DNA of 64,000 bases from Chiloscyllium plagiosum (GCF_004010195.1 NC_057719.1:33154713-33218712), one strand, 5' to 3'; shown: positions 1 through 13,240, counted from the first letter of the stretch. The notes: generated by a model from the letters alone, not told the origin. Translations and numbers: made by a program.

Positions 1-744
1 GTAAAGGGGCAGTACAGAGTGATCTGGGTGTTCTTGTACACCAGTCAATGAGGGTAAGCATGCAGGTACAGCAGGTAGTGAAGAAGGCTAATAGCATGCT
101 GGCCTTCATAACAAGAGGAATTGAGTATAGAAGCAAAGAGGTGCTTCTGCAGCTGTACAGGGCCCTGGTGAGACCACACCTGGAGTACTGTGTGCAGTTC
201 TGATCTCCAAATTTGAGGAAAGACATTCTGGCTATTGAGAGAGTGCAGCGTAGGTTCACAAGGTCAATTCCTGGAATGGCGGGATTACCTTACACTGAAA
301 GACTGGAGCGACTGGGCTTGTATACCCTTGAGTTTAGAAGACTGAGAGGGGATGTGATTGAGACGTATAAGATTATGAAAGGATTGGACACTCTGGCAGC
401 AGGAAACATGTTTCCACTGATGGGGTGAGTGCCGAACCAGAGGACACAGCTTAAAAATACGGGGTAGACCATTTAGGACAGAGATGAGGGGAAACTTCTT
501 CACCCAGAGAATGGTGGCTGTGTGGAATGCTCTGCCCCAGAGGGCAGTGGAGGCCCAGTCTCTGGATTCATTTAAGAAAGAGTTCGATAGAGCTCTCTAA
601 GATAGTGGAATCAAGGGTTATGGAGATAAGGCAGGAACAGGATACTGATTAGGAATGATCAGCCATGATCATGTTGAATGGCGGTGCAGGCTCAAAGGGC
701 TGAAAGGCCTACTCCTGCACCTATTGTCTATTGTCTATTGTCTA
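1..744 (+). mobile_element. CR1 LINE 3' end (ORF2 C-terminus, 3'UTR, (CTATTGT)n tail)
   Basis: LVRPHLEYCVQF and ERVQRRFTR...LERLGLYTLE motifs; tail ctattgt x3 at 721-744. Confidence 0.9.
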
Positions 745-2426
745 ATCCTGTCAAAATTGTTCATAATTTTGAACACTTCAGGATTATCTTAATCTTTTCT
801 GCTCCAAGGAGAACACATTCAATTTCTCTAATCTCACCTTGTATCTAAAATTCTTTATTCCTTAGATCATCTAGTTAATCTCCTTTGAATTCTCACCAGG
901 GCTTTAACATTCTTCCTTAAATATGACGCCCAGAACTGAACACAATACTCCAAATGTGGTTTGACTTACTCTATACTTCAATTTATAAACCCAAGCATCC
1001 TATAAGCCTTCTTTATAACTATTTCAACGTGCCTGGCCACCTTCAGAGAATTATGAGCCCTGATGTCCCTGTGCTCCTATACATCCCTCAAGTTTTTATC
1101 ATTGAGTCTGTATTGTCTTTCCATGTTTCTTTTACCTCATTTCTCTGCATTGAAATTCAACTGCTAGGTGTCTGCCCAAGGAAATATTCCTTGATGTTGT
1201 GGTGTAAAATGAATGTGGTGAAACGGTTAAAAATTATGTCCCAATAAGGAAATATTCCTTGATGTCATTCAGCATCATCTTCACAGTTAACTTTTATTCC
1301 AAGCTTAATATCACTTGCAAATTTAGGGATTTTGCCCTCAACACCCATCTCCAAATTGTTAATATAAATCAGAAAAAGCAAGGCTCCAAAACCAACCCCT
1401 GGGGAACACTACTTTCAACTCATCTCCAATCTGATAAATACCCATCTATATCTACATTCTGCTTCCTTTCTTTTAGCCAACTTCTAATCCATGCTGCCAA
1501 GGACCTACCAATCCCAACATTTTTAATTTCCTAACCAACTTGCCATATGGTACTGTATCAAGTTCTTTCTGAAAGTCCAAATATACAACATACGTAGCTC
1601 TATGTGCTCTTTATCACCTCATCAAGGAATTCAATTAAATTTGTCAGACATGAACTACCCTTGAAAAAGCAACATCAACTGTCTCGTGTTAACTTAATTT
1701 TCTCTAACTCTAAAATTACCTTACCCTATTATAGCCTCCATAGTTTTCTCACTACTGATGTCAAACTGACCATTTTGTAGTTTCCTGGGATATCCTTTGC
1801 CTCTTTCTAAAACAACAATGTCACAGTTGCAGTCCTCCAGTCCCATGGTACTAATTCTGTGTTCAGAGAGGCCAAGAACATTTCTGTCAATGGCTTCATG
1901 ATTTGTTCCCTTACCTCTCTCGACAATCTAGGATGCATGCCATTCAGGCCTGGTGACATCTCTACCTGCCAGGTGTTTATAGCACCTCTTCTTTAACTAT
2001 CATTACACTGCTCAGTTGCTCAACACCCATTTTTTAAACCAGGCCATTATCACCATTTTCTGATTTGGTAAAGACTGAAGCAAAATATTCATTTAATACC
2101 TCTTTCTTCAGTGAGCAACTTACCCTGCTTGTTTTTCATGGGCCCCATTCCACCTTCACTAATCTTTTACTATTAATATGCTTGAAGAACATTTTATTGT
2201 TTCTTTTAGCCTGCCATCCTTTCCTCATGCTTCCTCGTGGCCTTCCTTATTCCAGCCTTAGCTTCTTTCTTGCTTTTGACTTACACTTCCTGATTGATTT
2301 CTATTGTTATTAATATTCCAGTATTCATCACATGCTTTTGCTTCTTTGTTTTCTCACCAATATCTTTAATCATCCAGGGTACTCTAGCTTTGATTCCTCA
2401 TATTTATTTCTCATAGGTATGTATCT
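745..2426 (-). mobile_element. Old degenerate CR1 ORF2 fragment; probably resumes near 6573-6900 after the younger insertion
   Basis: Reverse strand encodes VVYLDFQK.(F)DTVP near 1555-1590 and a VPQGLVL-like motif near 1390-1410; many stops. Confidence 0.7.
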
Positions 2427-2640
2427 GCTTTTCACAGCAGAGAGCGGTGCGAGCTGGGCAGAAGTGAAGTTGGAGCGCAGAGCTGGTCGGGAAGGTAAGT
2501 GATTGATATTTGAGTGGGTGTTCTCTAGACCCCAGGCCCTACAAAGTAGGGCCTCCCTCCCATCCTCCTCCTCTAACCTAACTTTAAAGTCCACAGGTAA
2601 GCTACTCAGTGTTCTTGTTTTGGAGACTAAGTGTAGAGTA

Positions 2641-3496
2641 ATGGCAGCGCAGGCAGTGGATGTTCCTCCTGCAGGATGTTTGAGGTAGGGGTGACCACCG
2701 ATGCTCCTGCCGACTTCATCTGCAGGAAATGCAGTCAGCTCCAGCTCTTCACAGAATGCGTTAGGGAACTGGAGTTGGAGTTGGATGAACTCAGGATTAT
2801 TCGAGAGGCTGAGAGGGTGATAGATAGAAGCTACAGGGACATAGTTACGCCAGAGAACAGAGGTAGCTGGGTAACAGTTAGAGGTGGGAAGGGGAGGAAG
2901 CAGGCAGTGAGGGATCCCCTGTGGTCATTCCCCTCAACAATAAGTATACTGCTTTGGATGGGGGGGGAAGGCCTAGCAGGGGTAAGCTGCAGTGACTGGA
3001 TCTCTGCCACGAGGTCCGGCTCTGAAGCTCAAAAAATAAGTATACAGCTTTGGAAACTGTTGGGGGGGACAGCGTTGCAGGTGTAAGCTGCAGTGAAGGG
3101 GTCTGTGGCTCTGAGACTCAGAAGGGAAAAGGGGAGAGGAGGAGAGTGCTAGTTATAGGGGACTCTCTAGTTAGAGGGACGGACAGGCAGTTCTGTGGAC
3201 ATGGGCGAGACTCAAGGATGGTTTGTTGCCTCCCGGGTGCTAGGGTCTGAGATGTCTCAGACCGTGTCTTCAGAATCCTTAAGGGGGAGGGTGTGCAGCC
3301 AGAAGTCGTGGTGCATCCCTTCTGGCACCATCGACATAGGTAGGAAGAGGGGTGGGGCGGTCATTCAGGAGCTCAGGGAGTTAGGCTGGAAGCTAAAAGC
3401 TAGGACGGACAGAGTCGTCATCTCTGGGTTGTTGCCGGTGCCACGTGACAGTGAGGCAAGGAATAGGGAGAGAGTGCAGTTGAACACGTGGCTGCA
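2641..3496 (+). pseudogene. CR1 ORF1 remnant: Cys finger, coiled coil and SGNH/GDSL esterase
   Basis: MAAQAV...CRKC, VRELELELDELRIIRE, VLVIGDSLVRG, CCLPGARV, GT(N)DIG, VVISGLLPVP; frameshifted and runs into the gap. Confidence 0.85.
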
Positions 3497-4427
3497 NNNN
3501 NNNNNNNNNNNNNNNNNNNNNNNNNNNNNNNNNNNNNNNNNNNNNNNNNNNNNNNNNNNNNNNNNNNNNNNNNNNNNNNNNNNNNNNNNNNNNNNNNNNN
3601 NNNNNNNNNNNNNNNNNNNNNNNNNNNNNNNNNNNNNNNNNNNNNNNNNNNNNNNNNNNNNNNNNNNNNNNNNNNNNNNNNNNNNNNNNNNNNNNNNNNN
3701 NNNNNNNNNNNNNNNNNNNNNNNNNNNNNNNNNNNNNNNNNNNNNNNNNNNNNNNNNNNNNNNNNNNNNNNNNNNNNNNNNNNNNNNNNNNNNNNNNNNN
3801 NNNNNNNNNNNNNNNNNNNNNNNNNNNNNNNNNNNNNNNNNNNNNNNNNNNNNNNNNNNNNNNNNNNNNNNNNNNNNNNNNNNNNNNNNNNNNNNNNNNN
3901 NNNNNNNNNNNNNNNNNNNNNNNNNNNNNNNNNNNNNNNNNNNNNNNNNNNNNNNNNNNNNNNNNNNNNNNNNNNNNNNNNNNNNNNNNNNNNNNNNNNN
4001 NNNNNNNNNNNNNNNNNNNNNNNNNNNNNNNNNNNNNNNNNNNNNNNNNNNNNNNNNNNNNNNNNNNNNNNNNNNNNNNNNNNNNNNNNNNNNNNNNNNN
4101 NNNNNNNNNNNNNNNNNNNNNNNNNNNNNNNNNNNNNNNNNNNNNNNNNNNNNNNNNNNNNNNNNNNNNNNNNNNNNNNNNNNNNNNNNNNNNNNNNNNN
4201 NNNNNNNNNNNNNNNNNNNNNNNNNNNNNNNNNNNNNNNNNNNNNNNNNNNNNNNNNNNNNNNNNNNNNNNNNNNNNNNNNNNNNNNNNNNNNNNNNNNN
4301 NNNNNNNNNNNNNNNNNNNNNNNNNNNNNNNNNNNNNNNNNNNNNNNNNNNNNNNNNNNNNNNNNNNNNNNNNNNNNNNNNNNNNNNNNNNNNNNNNNNN
4401 NNNNNNNNNNNNNNNNNNNNNNNNNNN
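3497..4427. other. Assembly gap (N run)
   Basis: Continuous N; expected to hold the end of ORF1 and the endonuclease of the CR1. Confidence 1.
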
Positions 4428-6410
4428 GACGTGTCCTTGATATGTATGTACCTGTCAGGCAGGAAAGAGATGGTCGTGTGAGGGAACCGTGGTTTATAAG
4501 GTAGGTTGAATGTCTTGTAAAGAGGAAGAAGGAGGCTTACATAAAGTTGAGGAAACAAGGTTCAGACAGAGCGTTGGAGAGATACAGGATAGCCAGAAGG
4601 GACATGAAGCGGCACGGTGGCACAGTGGTTAGCACTGCTGCCTCACAGCGCCAGAGACCCGGGTTCAATTCCCACCTCATGCGACTGACTGTGTGGAGTT
4701 TGCACGTTCTCCCCGTGTCTGCGTGGGTTTCCTCCGGGTGCTCCGATTTCCTCCCACAGTCCAAAGATGTGCAGGACAGGTGAATTGGCCATGCTAAATT
4801 GCCCGTAGTGTTAGGTAAGGGGTAAATGTAGGGGTATGGGTGGGTTGCACTTTGGCGGGTCGGTGTGGACTTGTTGGGCCGAAGGGCCTGTTTCCACACT
4901 GTAATGTAATCTGTAAAGGGATTAGGAGAGCTAAGAGAGGGCATGAAAAGTCTTTGGCGGATAGCATCAAGGATAACTGCAAGGCATTTTATGCGTATGT
5001 GAGAAACATGAGAATGACGAGAACGAGGGTAGGTCCGATCAAGGACAGTAGTGGGAGACTGTGTATTGAGTCGGAAGAGATAAGTGAGGTCTTGAATGAG
5101 TACTTTTCTTCAGTATTTACAAACGAGAGGGTCTGTATTGTTGAAGAGGAGAGTGTGAAATGGACTGGTAAGCTAGAAGAGATACTTGTTAGGAAGGAAG
5201 ATGTTTTGGGCATTTTGAAAACTTGAGGATAGACAAGTCCCCCGGACCTGATGAGATATATCCTAGGATTATGTGGGAAGCAAGAGAGGGAATTGCAGAG
5301 CCGTTGGCAATGATCTTTTCGTCTTCACTGTCAACAGGGGTGGTACCAGGGGACTGGAGAGTGGCGAATGTTGTGCCTCTGTTCAAAAAAGGGAATAGGG
5401 ATAACCCCGGGAATTACAGGCCAGTTAGTCTTACTTCGGTGGTAGGCAAAGTAATGGAAAGGGTACTGAAGGATAGGATTTATGAGTATCTGGAAAGACA
5501 ATGCTTGATTAGGGACAGCCAGCACGGATTTGAGAGGGGTAGGTCTTGCCTTACAAGTCTTATTGAATTCTTTGAGGAAGTGACCAAGCATGTGGATGAG
5601 GGTAGAGCAGTGGATGTAGTATACATGGATTTTAGTAAGGCATTTAATAAGGTTCCCCATGGTAGGCTTATACGGAAAGTCAGGAGGCATGGGATAGAGG
5701 GAAATATGGCCAATTGGATAGAAAACTGGCTAAACGGTCGAAGTCAGAGAATGGTGGTAGATGGTAAATATTCAGCCTGGAGCCCAGTTACAAGTGGAAT
5801 TCCGCAGGGATCAGTTCTGGGTCCTCTGCTGTTTGTAATTTTTATTAATAACTTGGAAGAGGGAGTCGAAGGGTGGGTCAGTAAATTTGCAGATGATACG
5901 AAGATAGGTGGAGTTGTGGACAGTGAGGAGGGCTGTTGTCGGCTGCAAAGAGACTGAGATATGATGTAGAGCTGGGCTGAGGAGTGGCAGATGGAGTTCA
6001 ACCCTGCCAAGTGTGAGGTTGTCCATTTTGGAAGAACAAATAAGAATGCGGAATACAGGGTTAATGGTAGGGTTCTTAGTCAGGTGGAGGAACAGAGGGA
6101 TCTTGGGGTCTATGTACATAGATCTTTGAAGGTTGCCACTCAGGTGGATAGAGTTTGTAAGAAGGCCTATGGAGTATTATCGTTCATTAGCAGAGGGATT
6201 GAATTCAAGAGTCGTGAAGTGATGTTGCAGCTGTACAGGACTTTGGTTAGGCCACAGTTGGAGTACTGTGTGCAGTCTGGTCGCCTCACTTTAGGAAAGA
6301 TGTGGAAGCTTTGGAGAGGGTGCAGAGAAGATTTACCAGGATGTTGCCTGGAATGGAGAATAGGTAGTACGAGGATAGGTTGAGAGTGCTAGGCCTTTTC
6401 TCATTGGACC
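4428..6410 (+). pseudogene. CR1 ORF2 reverse transcriptase remnant
   Basis: [45 protein letters not shown]; stop at 5955-5957. Confidence 0.92.
4609..4912 (+). mobile_element. HE1-type tRNA-derived V-SINE inserted into CR1 ORF2
   Basis: A box TGGCACAGTGG 4618-4628; B box GGTTCAATTCC 4662-4672; central tgtggagtttgcacgttctccccgtg block; CR1-like tail gggccgaagggcctgtttcc. Confidence 0.9.
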
Positions 6411-6594
6411 TGTGGGAGTGGCAGAGTCAGAATCATTGGTGACCTTTAAGCAGCAATTGGACAGGTACATGGATGGGTGCTTAAGCTAGGACAAATGTTC
6501 GGCACAACATCGTGGGACGAAGGGCCTGTTCTGTGCTGTATTGTTCTATGTTCTATGTTCTATGTTCTATCTTGTCCCTGTTCATAAAACCAAT

Positions 6595-6741
6595 GAATTG
6601 CAGATGCTGGAAATCAAGTCTGGCAGCTTCTGTGGAGAGAAGGCAGAGTTAACTCTTTGGATTCAGGACTCCTTTGACCTCTGCTTTCTCTCCACAGATA
6701 CCATAAGACCTGCTGAGTTTTTCCAGCAACTTCTGTTTTTG
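6595..6741. repeat. Penelope/MER6-like short repeat, inverted pair
   Basis: Arms 6629-6648 and 6679-6698 are reverse complements with 1 mismatch; same family as 55565-55812. Confidence 0.7.
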
Positions 6742-7019
6742 CCCTTATTCATCTCTTTCGAAATTCTCCCATTTTGCATCTATTGTTTTGCTCAACAAAA
6801 TGCTTTTCCAATCAACCTGCTCCAGTTCAACTGTTAGACTCTTAAAATCTGCCCTTTTCCAGTCTCAACTTTATTGTTCTTTTAATTTGTTTTATTATTT
6901 CTTTTCAATATTTAATGTTATTTTTATTTACAAATTGTAAGTTTATAGATAAAATCTATTTTAACGATTTAATCTCACTGGCATTTAATAACAAAATGCA
7001 ATTAGCTTTTCTTTTTTTT

Positions 7020-7600
7020 CACTTATTCACCATATGTTGGTGATCCTGCCTGGGCCATTACTTAGTTTTTCTGGAGACATGATGGTCAGCTGCCTTCATG
7101 AACTGCTGCAGTTCTTGGTTTGTAGGGACCCCCACAGCATTGTTAGGAAGGGTATTCCAGGATTTTGACCCAGTAACAGTATAGACATGGCAGTGTAGTT
7201 TTGGGTCAGCATGGTTCATGACTTGCAAAGGAGTTGTAAGTGGGTGGTTTGTCCATGTAACTCTTGTCGATGTCCAGCTAGATGGGAGAGATCATGGGTT
7301 TGGAAAGTGCTACCTTAGGAGCCTTGCTGAATTGTGAAAACACTTCTTGAGATGATACACGCTGCTGGCAGTGTACATATGTAGTGATGGGAGTAAATGT
7401 TGACGTTAGTGAATGGTTCACCAGTCAAGTAGGCTTTGTTCTGAATGGCTTCGACCTTCTTGAGTATTGTTAGAGTTGCACTTAACCAGGCAAATGGTGA
7501 GAATTCCATCAAACTTCTGACTAGTGCTTTGTAGATGGTGGGCAGGCATTGAGGAAACGAAAGGCTCATTACTCACTGCAGAGTTTCTAGTCCCCTGACA
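7020..7600 (-). mobile_element. CR1/L2-group LINE 3' fragment (second family)
   Basis: Reverse strand TIYKALVRSLMEFSPFAW...LKKVEAIQNKA; homologous to 11530-12181. Confidence 0.7.
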
Positions 7601-9663
7601 CATTTCTTTTAACATTCATTGTTAGTTCATGAGAACTAATAAATGGTTGTGAATGACTGAGGTAAGGGAGTGGATGGCGGGGGAAGAAGGGGAACGACGA
7701 AGTACATGGGTGAGGACTAAGGCTACATCATGATTCAGTTGAGGACTGGTCGGGATAGGTGTGATGTTGGAGTTAGTAGGGGTTATCAGGGTGGGTCAGT
7801 GAGACAGAGTGGAGAGTTGGAGGGGAGTAGAGCTGAGTCATGGATATCAGTTCAGCCCTTACCCAGAGCAGGTTCCACTCCTTCAGCTTTTCCTTTGTAA
7901 CTATTAACTAAATCAGAACAGTCTGACTTAAAGTCAGGAACTATCTGAGAGGATAATTGTTCATCAGAAGCTTCCTGGTCATTCCCTACAGAGTCAACTA
8001 GGAGAGGAATTCTGCTGGGTCCAGACATGCAATGCTAGTTTATAGCTCATCAGCAACTACATTCCTATCAGAGCATCTGAGCTGATTGCTATTGTATTTG
8101 ATGAGCTCTCTCTTTAAACACATTGTGGCTTTTATCTCAAACAATTCATTTTACCGTGGATAAAGCAGAGCTTTCCAAAATGTTCTCATTATGACAAAAA
8201 ATTGGTGTTCAAAAACTGCTGTGATCCAGACCTGGTAGATTACTGGGACTGGGAAAGGGTCGGGGTGGGGATGTTGGTGGAAGTGGAGAGATGTAAGAGC
8301 AGGGCATGGGACTGTTTAGGCTGCACGACCTTTAAGTAAAAAGCACTTATTTTATCACTGGATTTTACAGGATAGGGATCAGGGCTTGAAAACCAACCAA
8401 TTAGGCCCTATATGCACCATTAAAATGAAGATGAGTTTTTAAAGAACTTTGCTATTCTTAGCACTCTGTCAGAGCTCTGTGGCAGCTCCCTCGGAGTTCA
8501 CAATCACAAAACTTTGGCTAATGACACTCACCTACTGGGAAGCCCTGCTAACAGATTCTACAAAACTGAAATCATACAGGAGGCTGCATTACCACTGCTT
8601 GGAAAATATGCTGTTATCCTTGTGTCTCTGCAGTGGCCAGGCAATTGAATATTAATGGACACAAAATCTAGGTAAGTGAATACTAATGAGCACAAGAGCT
8701 GTTGCAATTGAATATTAATATTCAATGTGACCACATGCATATAATAGGACTATAGGTCTTTGAACCATCACTGTGCTGATGCTTCACTGCAATCTGACAA
8801 GCTTACACAATCTGATGAGCAAGAGATGTCCAGGAAATTTCACACAAAGCTGAGCATGTCTAGGAGCAATGGGGAGTTAGGAGTAAATCACCTGAAGCAG
8901 AACTTATTTTCTGGAGAATTCAAAGGCAATACATAACGCAACTGCTTCATTTACAAGTGAAAAACTGCAAGTGAAGATCGCTGTTGTCCAACTTCTCTTG
9001 AGTGCAGTTAGGAAGTGGCACAGCTTTGCAAATCACTTGTGGCAATTAGGTGTTACTTACTTAAAGATGATGATATTCCACACTTACACAGCTCCTGAAT
9101 CAGGCTTGTTTAGTCAATAGCAATTGGCAAAATAGTGCATTTACAGGATTATCAGAATACATTCAATAAGAATTTAATTTTCCCTTCAAAATATTTATTT
9201 CTTTCTCCATGAGAGTTCTTTCAGTTAAGAGCAGAGAGTACTTATGCTAATGAATAAAAGTTTTAACCAAGTATTTGGAGCACTCTACTCAATTACTTTA
9301 GGGACACGATAATCGCACTGACTTAAATTTTCATTCATTTGTTGCACCCAAACATTATTTAATGACCATTCACTGAACAAGAAGGTCTTCGTCATGATGA
9401 ACTTTGCACTGGGACCTTACCACTCAGCTTGAGATAACCATGGAAACAGGTACCTAAACAAGTAACATAGCATTGCCCAGACTACCAATAAGACATCTTC
9501 TTATGCTTCCTGCTGTTAACTGTGTCCGCTTCAGTTAATTGGAACCTTGAAACAATTCTATACACATCTGAAAACCATTAAACCTCACTTCATATCAAAA
9601 TGATATTAAACACTCCAAGCTTAACCAAGTGAAAGGTGTACCTATGGGAAAGAGTGCGTAGTA

Positions 9664-10012
9664 TACGTTGACAACCTTTTATCCGAAATACCGAAATCCG
9701 AAAAGCTCCAAAATCCGAGGATGTTTTTGTGAAGTTTTTATCTAATTAACAAGGTTGCTTGGCGTGCAAACAGTTAACCCAACTTCACACCCACTCGATG
9801 CGTGTCACTTAGATGTGACGTAGGGGGACTGTGGCTCAGCACTGGCAGGCCTCATTTCTGCCTCAGGGCCCATTACTCACACTGAGTCTGCTATCCGGTA
9901 AGATTTTAAAAAAATTTCACTGTTGAGCTGTCACTTATTCCAAAATTCGAAAAATTCCGAATTCCAAAAACCAGCTGGTTCCAAATGTTTCGGATAAAGG
10001 ATCGAGTACCTG
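9664..10012. mobile_element. Tigger4/MER46-like (pogo, Tc1-mariner) MITE
   Basis: Imperfect TIRs (tacgttgacaaccttttatccgaaa / tttcggataaaggatcgagtacctg), flanking TA at 9662-9663 and 10013-10014, internal ccgaaa subrepeats, no ORF. Confidence 0.8.
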
Positions 10013-11529
10013 TACCTACAAAGCAAATTAAAACTCTATGTAGCACTTCAGGAATCATTTTGAAGTTTCTTAAATGTAGAGGTGATTTTCCATGTGTTAT
10101 CCATCTGCACAGCAGGAACATGTTTTTTTTACCAAAGTAAACAGCTGAAATTTGCTAGAAATGTAATGGTTTGTGATCCAGGCACATTCTTCCCAAAGCA
10201 AAATCAATTTATGCAATGTGCCAATAATCTCAACACTGTACCTCAGATAGGGTCTGACCAAGTTTCCAATTAAATGAAACATTCAATCCTTTGTTTTGAA
10301 TTGCCCGGTCATTAATTGGTCACCTAAGGGCTTCAACTGGTGGTTCGGTCAAAGGTTGACCACGGACCAACCTAGATCAATACTTGGATTACATTAAGAT
10401 ACTCCACAAAACGAAGCTATGGGGACATGATTTGAACTGAAGAGCCCAGTGGAAAAAAATGGTGAAATCTGGATGGAATTGTTACTTTAGGCAAAGAATA
10501 TAAAGAATAAATCTAAGTAACAAAGATAAGTTCTGTGTATTTGTTCTGCAGATATATGGTCTTCTGTCAAGGCCACAACAAAATTAAATCATCTCATAAG
10601 TCATTTCTTTGAACTGCACTGCAAAACAAATGGTGCGGTTTTGCATTGGAGAAGGCATGTACCTTATCAAATTCCTAATCTAATGCATGTTCTTGACTGA
10701 ATTCCTGATACTGTGTGAACCTAAACCTCAGCCTTGGATTTATACTAATTCCTAAGAGGACTCCTGGGATGTTTACCTCTATTATAATCTCATGTCTGTA
10801 GATTTGCAACATATTTTACAATTCTCAGTGGGTGCAATTTACTTTTGCACAATTGCTTGTCAAAACTCCCATCAGTTATTTTGTCATATCTATTCACATT
10901 TTCTCAATACAATCCTGACTATAAATACATTCCTGCAGGTTTTATCAATCAATATTGCAGAGGGGCGAGTTTTATTTTTATTTGGTTTTGTATCTGTGTT
11001 TCAGACAGCCCTTGTCAGTGATCTCTGACTATGCCCTGAATAGTGTTTACAGTTGTCTTTATGTATAGGTGAGCTTGATGATGTGCTTTGAGTTATCCTT
11101 CTCTGAATTCCTTTATCTATTAGTTCTTTCCTTTTTCTATTCTCATGTTTAAGACCTCTGAAACAAGGCCGAGTTTAGTATTTCAATGTCAAATATACTT
11201 ACTAATAATAAATGAACCAGTAACTTAATCGCAGAATTATTTCACAGAGCTTGTAGATTAACCTTATAAATTTATAAAATGAATAATTTGTTACTCTGCA
11301 TTAAACAAAATAATCAATCTCCTTATGAGGAAATGTCATCCTTTTTCCACTCATCTCTGGGTGTAGTTAAAACCTCAGCTAACACTTGCTTTGTACCAAA
11401 TTAATTAAGCTCAAAGTCTCTCATAAATTCAGTTCATTTGAAAGCTTAAGCCTGATTAATACTTCCACGGACTGTTATGGTACAATGGTCATGATCCTAC
11501 CTCTGGTCTAAATGGTCTGGGTTCAAGTC

Positions 11530-12181
11530 AATGACCTTGGCATTTAATGGTGCTACCATCACTGAATTCCCCCAATATCAATATCCTGGAGTTGTCAATG
11601 ACCAGAAACTCAACTGGACTCACCACACAAACACAGTGGCTACAACAGTAGGTCAGAGGCTAGGAATACTCAACACCTGACTCCCCAAAGACTACAAGGC
11701 ACAAGTCATAAGAGTTATAGAATATTTCCCACTTATCTGGATGAATCCAGCAACACTCAAGAAGCTTGACACCATCCAGAATAAAGCAGCCCGCTTGTTT
11801 GGCATGACATCCACAAGCATTCACTTCCTCCACCACCAACACTCAGTAGCAGCAGTGCCTACTACCTGCAAGATGCACTGCAGAAATTCACCAAAGATCT
11901 TCAGACAGCACCTTCTAAACCCATGACCACTTCCATCTAGAAGGACAAGGGCAGCAGATATATGGGAACACCACCACCTTCAAGTTCCCCTCCAAGCTAC
12001 TTACCATCCTGACCTTGGAAATATATTACATTTCCTTCACTGTTGCTGGGTCAAATTCTTGGAATTCCCTCCCAATGGCATTGTAGATCAAGTTGTAGTA
12101 TGTGGACTGCAACTATTCAAGAAGGCAGCTCGCCACCATCTTCTCTAGGGCAATAAACGCTGGCCACCCAGTGATGCCCAC
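11530..12181 (+). mobile_element. CR1/L2-group LINE 3' end
   Basis: YKAQV...WMNPATLKKLDTIQNKAARL; 3' tail gggcaataaacgctggcc. Confidence 0.75.
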
Positions 12182-13021
12182 AAATGGGTTAAAAAAATGT
12201 TGCAACAGCCTCAGATCAGGCTAATAATATGCCCAATCAGGGCAATTTGATTTTTTTTTTAAATGCGTGGTTGACCTCAGGAATAAACACTTTCTGAAAC
12301 TGTTTTCATGGTTCTGTGGATTTAACTCATTTTCTGGAGAATTTGAGCTAAGTCAAGTGATCAATGTTTCTGCTGAGGATATGGAGCACCATTCAAAAGT
12401 TATTTTACTTCCCCAGGGAAGAGTTCTATTCAAATTTTCTAACAACAGACATCAAACACACCAATTATGGTGGTGTATAGCCCCCTGCAGTGAAAAGCTT
12501 CCTCTACTCTTCTCAAATGCTTCATCACAAATACTGAGGAGAAACCTTTGCGTCAATTTCCTACTCGATCACCACTATGTGTTAGTTTGCCCATTATTGC
12601 CAAATGAGGAACAATTTTGCATAAAGCTTTCTCAACTAAATTGAGACTGCCCAACTTCTCTTTACAAATGCCCTTGACATCCAAAAGACGCAAGTGATCG
12701 TCAACAGAAAGAGCTGGATAAAAATCTAAGACACTGAGGAAGATGCAGGATATATTCTGAACTATTGAGTTGAAGAGTCTTTAAAATCATTTTCCATACT
12801 TTTATAGCAGACAAAAACATTCAAAGAAATGAGCAGAGTATTTTGTTTCAAGGAGATGGAAATCTATGGGTGAATCTTACATTTCATTCAGCAGTTTTCA
12901 ATTGCACTGAATTTCATGAAGAATTTCATATCATGAAGTCAAGCAAGCTTCTCACCATATCTTAAGACAATCACTGGCATTGTGAAGTTGTACTGCTTGG
13001 TGATAGACTATCATTCTGAAG

Positions 13022-13240
13022 ATGCCAGAGGAGAGAAAAATGGCACAGTGGTTCTCTGATATGAACCTGGAAGCCATGGTAGGTAGGTTGATGAAGAGGA
13101 GAGGCATTCCAGTTGGACTGGCAAGGAGGCCACCAGGAGACCCTGGCAGCCTGGTCAAAGGTCGCCGCCTGGGTCAGTGCTGCATTTACAGTTTGGAAGA
13201 ATGGACAGCACTGTTGAAATAAAGTCTTTGGTTTCCCAGG
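13022..13240 (+). pseudogene. Degenerate Myb/SANT-like DNA-binding exon, PIF/Harbinger accessory-protein type
   Basis: RKMAQWFSDMNLEAMV..LMKRR, then in a shifted frame AWSKVAAWVSA...KNGQHC*NK; fits the F...LE.LV...W..VA..V......R...QC..K pattern; GT donor at 13241. Confidence 0.6.

Larger units (their letters stand above)
2427..6570 (+). mobile_element. Near full-length CR1 LINE (5'UTR, ORF1, ORF2, (TTCTATG)n tail), disrupted
   Basis: ORF1 and ORF2 motifs listed in the next entries; tail at 6543-6570; tatct at both junctions (2422-2426 and 6568-6572); contains an N gap, a SINE, frameshifts and a 3' deletion near 6408. Confidence 0.9.

Noticed and set aside
2500..2600. HDV-like ribozyme in the CR1 5'UTR
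   Set aside because: Could not identify the nested double pseudoknot; only a simple hairpin is supported.
3195..4558. Long ORFs of 338-428 aa
   Set aside because: Artefacts of translating through the N gap.
4609..4690. tRNA gene
   Set aside because: A and B boxes belong to a SINE head followed by V-domain and LINE tail; no complete cloverleaf.
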